A stretch of 64,000 nucleotides of DNA from Tubiluchus corallicola (Eukaryota > Animalia > Priapulida): NCBI GenBank assembly GCA_030141605.1, contig JAQGDQ010000162.1, forward strand, positions 186,001 through 250,000, given 5' to 3'. Made by a program: the position numbers and the translations under genes. This document shows, piece after piece, positions 61,167 to 64,000 of this stretch (positions within the stretch are counted from its first letter, which is position 1; each line of letters starts with the position of its first letter). The notes under the pieces were generated by a model that ran no database searches, was not told the DNA's origin, and worked only from the letters and a program-made list of their open reading frames with translations.

Positions 61167-63169
61167 GTAGGTGCCAGTCTTAGCATACGATTTCTTTTGC
61201 ATTCATAGTTGTAGTTTATCACTTTTCCTCTTACCCCTTGTGACCCTTGTACTCGATTGTTGAGATTCAGCAGCAGTGAAGAAATTAAGAGCAGTTATGT
61301 GCAGTACAAAAAGCAACGATTGGTGCATTTCAACTTACGGCACTGTTATGTTAACAACAAGCATTCAGTTAAATACATGCTGAGGGCCTGAACACACAAG
61401 CTGTGAGCCAAGAAAACTGGGGTTTGCCGCACAAAATTTTTTTGCTATTAGGCCGACAATAGAAATACTCCTGTTTCCGTCTAACAGATTTAATTTAAAA
61501 TAACACGCAATAATTATTATAACATCATTCTTTCGGGGAACGAGGATGCGGCCATGTTTTTCTACAGCTAACTCTCGGCCAGGGTTGCCATTTTGTATGA
61601 TGGTCATTGTATTGGAAGCTAAAATGTATCGAATTTTCTGCCAAGTCGGTGTATTAACGGCCGAGTAGTGTTGCTGTTTGTACCATAATTATCAGAACAT
61701 GATACAAAAGAGACTATACAATAATTGATAATTATACAATAATTTAGTAAAGCGAAACTAAAAAAACAAAGCGTGAAAAACTTTGCACTGAAAAAATTTA
61801 AAACATTACTGCTTACCCGTAGAAAATAACCAATCTTTGATTGCAGTTGTCAGCTTAGGTAAAGTGCCAAGCACTATTAATGCAGGGATCAGGGGAATCA
61901 AATAATCTATGTTATCCTTTTTGTGCATTGTAAAGCTTTACAGTCTGTTTATTCATATCTTTTTTATTGGCCTGCAATCGGGATTTTAAATGTTCGTAAA
62001 CAATTTCATTTGGATAATTAACTTCTTGGTACAGAACTCATAGAACTGCACAGCAGGAGGGAATGTTTAAATTTTAAATTCTCTAACAATGGATATCCTA
62101 TTACAAGTAATGCCTGCATTTTCATTGTTGGAACCGAGTAGAAATATTAGGCTCGGATAACAAACAATGTGAGTAATTTCTTGGGTACCCGGGTACCCAA
62201 TGCAAACCTTATTCATAGTGATGTTATGCATCATTTTTAATTCTTTCAGCTAGTAGATTTGCGCAATACTGTATACAATATGTGTGTTTATGTTTAACTT
62301 AGTAACCTCTAATTCGGTTTAAGCTAGTGCTTCTAACGGCTTGTTATAATCATTATCTTATAAATTTTTTTATAGAAGAGATTATTGTACAATGCATTTG
62401 AAGTCGTGAAGTGCGATATAGTTTGTTTTATCAATAATAAAGTCATAGTAGTAAAAGTCAAGTGTGGTGACTGTGGCTTACAGTACTAAAAAGCCAAGTG
62501 CGGTGGCTGTCAGGGGCGCCGGATCCACGGTTGCAGCGGCCCCCTTTGCCCTTTCCCAAGGGGGGGTCAACTCCGGAGCAGAACTTTGCCGTTTTGATGG
62601 AGAAATGTGTGGTTATCCCTGATTACCCTAAAGAGTTTATGTGAACTTGTAAACGGTCCAGTATTGATAAACCCACATTACATACACATGCTTGTGCTCA
62701 AAATGTTCCCTTTTCGTAAATGCTGCTCTCCATCTGTAATTTGCTGCCGGTGCCCCTGCTGGCTGTTTTTTTCAGTAAATCATTTAATAATGTAAAAAGG
62801 GCATCAGTATGTAAAAACAGTGGTTCAGTAAAGTATGTGTAACTCACACTAGTATAGCTCGAATTCTTGTTTATTTCAAACAGATTTCATTGGACAGATT
62901 TTTCCCTTTCTTTTTTCCTATTAATAAACATCGTATAACTCGAAATCTGTAATTTGAATTATCACGTAGCTCAAACCAAATTCCCAATACAATTCTTAAG
63001 ACTTTGATTGAATTTGCCTCGCCTATTTCAAACAACCTCTCAAGTGAGAAGTGTGTGTAGTGTGCATAACATCAGGATTTTAGCTGCCAGTTTCAGCAAG
63101 AATGCTAAGATTTCTTGTGTTTCCTTAGCAGAAGGGTGCACACAAGATGGCTTAACATGGTTTAATGTA

Positions 63170-63985
63170 GGCGCCGCTTAATAGACTCATTTTGGGACGG
63201 AAATGTTTTGATCCAATTAACCGACTGAACCTATTAACCAATGGGTGTAGTAGTACTGGTATGAGTCATCAGCTTACTATGCACTGCAAAGCTTTTTAAT
63301 CAATTTTAGAAATGAAGTAATGCCTAAAGTCCTTTGTGCAGCTAAAAATTAGCAAAAATATTTTAAAATATTAATGTATATAAATGAATTAGCAATAAAT
63401 TAAAAAGTATACTTGTCTAAATCACACAAGTCTGTTTATTTGCAAAAATTACAAAAATTCCTTTCAAGTCGTCTTTTTCATTTTATCGCGAAGAAATTAG
63501 CTCACAAAGTTCGCATAATGATAAAAACGTTTGAAAACCTGTTGTTGTGTGAGGCACAAATTCTCATAAAATACTTAGTGCTTCATGTGCTTCAAGTGTT
63601 GGTGGTGCCCGTGTTTCTTCGCAAGTAGCTTCGTCTGTTGTTTCGCCTAAGCTGCTGCTTGCTACCATTGTGACATATTTTCTGTACTGCACCTGTGTCC
63701 CTGGCATAACTGCGACATCTCACTTCTGGGATTACGAGATTAATTACAGTGGTCGGACCGGTAAAAGCAAACCATTAGGCTACGATATTAGCGTATGATA
63801 AACGTTCCTGCTTACAACAAAACAGTGCTTAACATGATTGTGTCTATGTGTATTAGATGACAAAAGCGAACTAAGATGATATAAAAGTCATAAAAGTTTA
63901 TTAGTCATACGAAAGTGTCTTATTGAAGCAAAAATATAGTCAATTATGCGGAGTTATTTGAGTCAATTACTGACAGTCTTTATGT
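63170..63985. mobile_element. Second copy of the interspersed repeat at ~36035-36710
   Basis: Shared terminal and internal blocks (atgagtcat, gcgaagaa.tta, ataatgataaaa..ttgaaaa.ctgttg). Confidence 0.65.
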
Positions 63986-64000
63986 ACATTTGAATAGAAG

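Overview
AT-rich, intron-rich animal (invertebrate-like; species not determinable from the sequence) genomic DNA. It is not prokaryotic, so most ORF-track entries are exon fragments or artefacts. Five spliced genes can be reconstructed by hand: the 3' end of WDR90 (+), a complete BTB-BACK-Kelch gene (+, with a GC-AG intron), a complete 14-exon UTP6 (-), a complete glucose-6-phosphate 1-epimerase / hexose-6-phosphate mutarotase gene (+, head-to-head with UTP6), and the first coding exon of a probable ZDHHC palmitoyltransferase (+). Introns and intergenic DNA carry decayed LINEs (CR1/L2-like, RTE-like), several MITE families, a 3.5-kb TTAA-flanked long-TIR element, a ~2.9-kb 33-bp minisatellite and CT microsatellites. 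Two observations stand out. (1) The epimerase gene has a pair of tandem, 59-nt, apparently mutually exclusive exons that swap the conserved phosphate-binding Arg motif (KAIRGGIP vs PLYHGGIP). (2) A foldback insertion with a 10-bp target duplication carries a Penelope-type minimal hammerhead ribozyme motif. All coordinates were counted by eye; no database searches were run.
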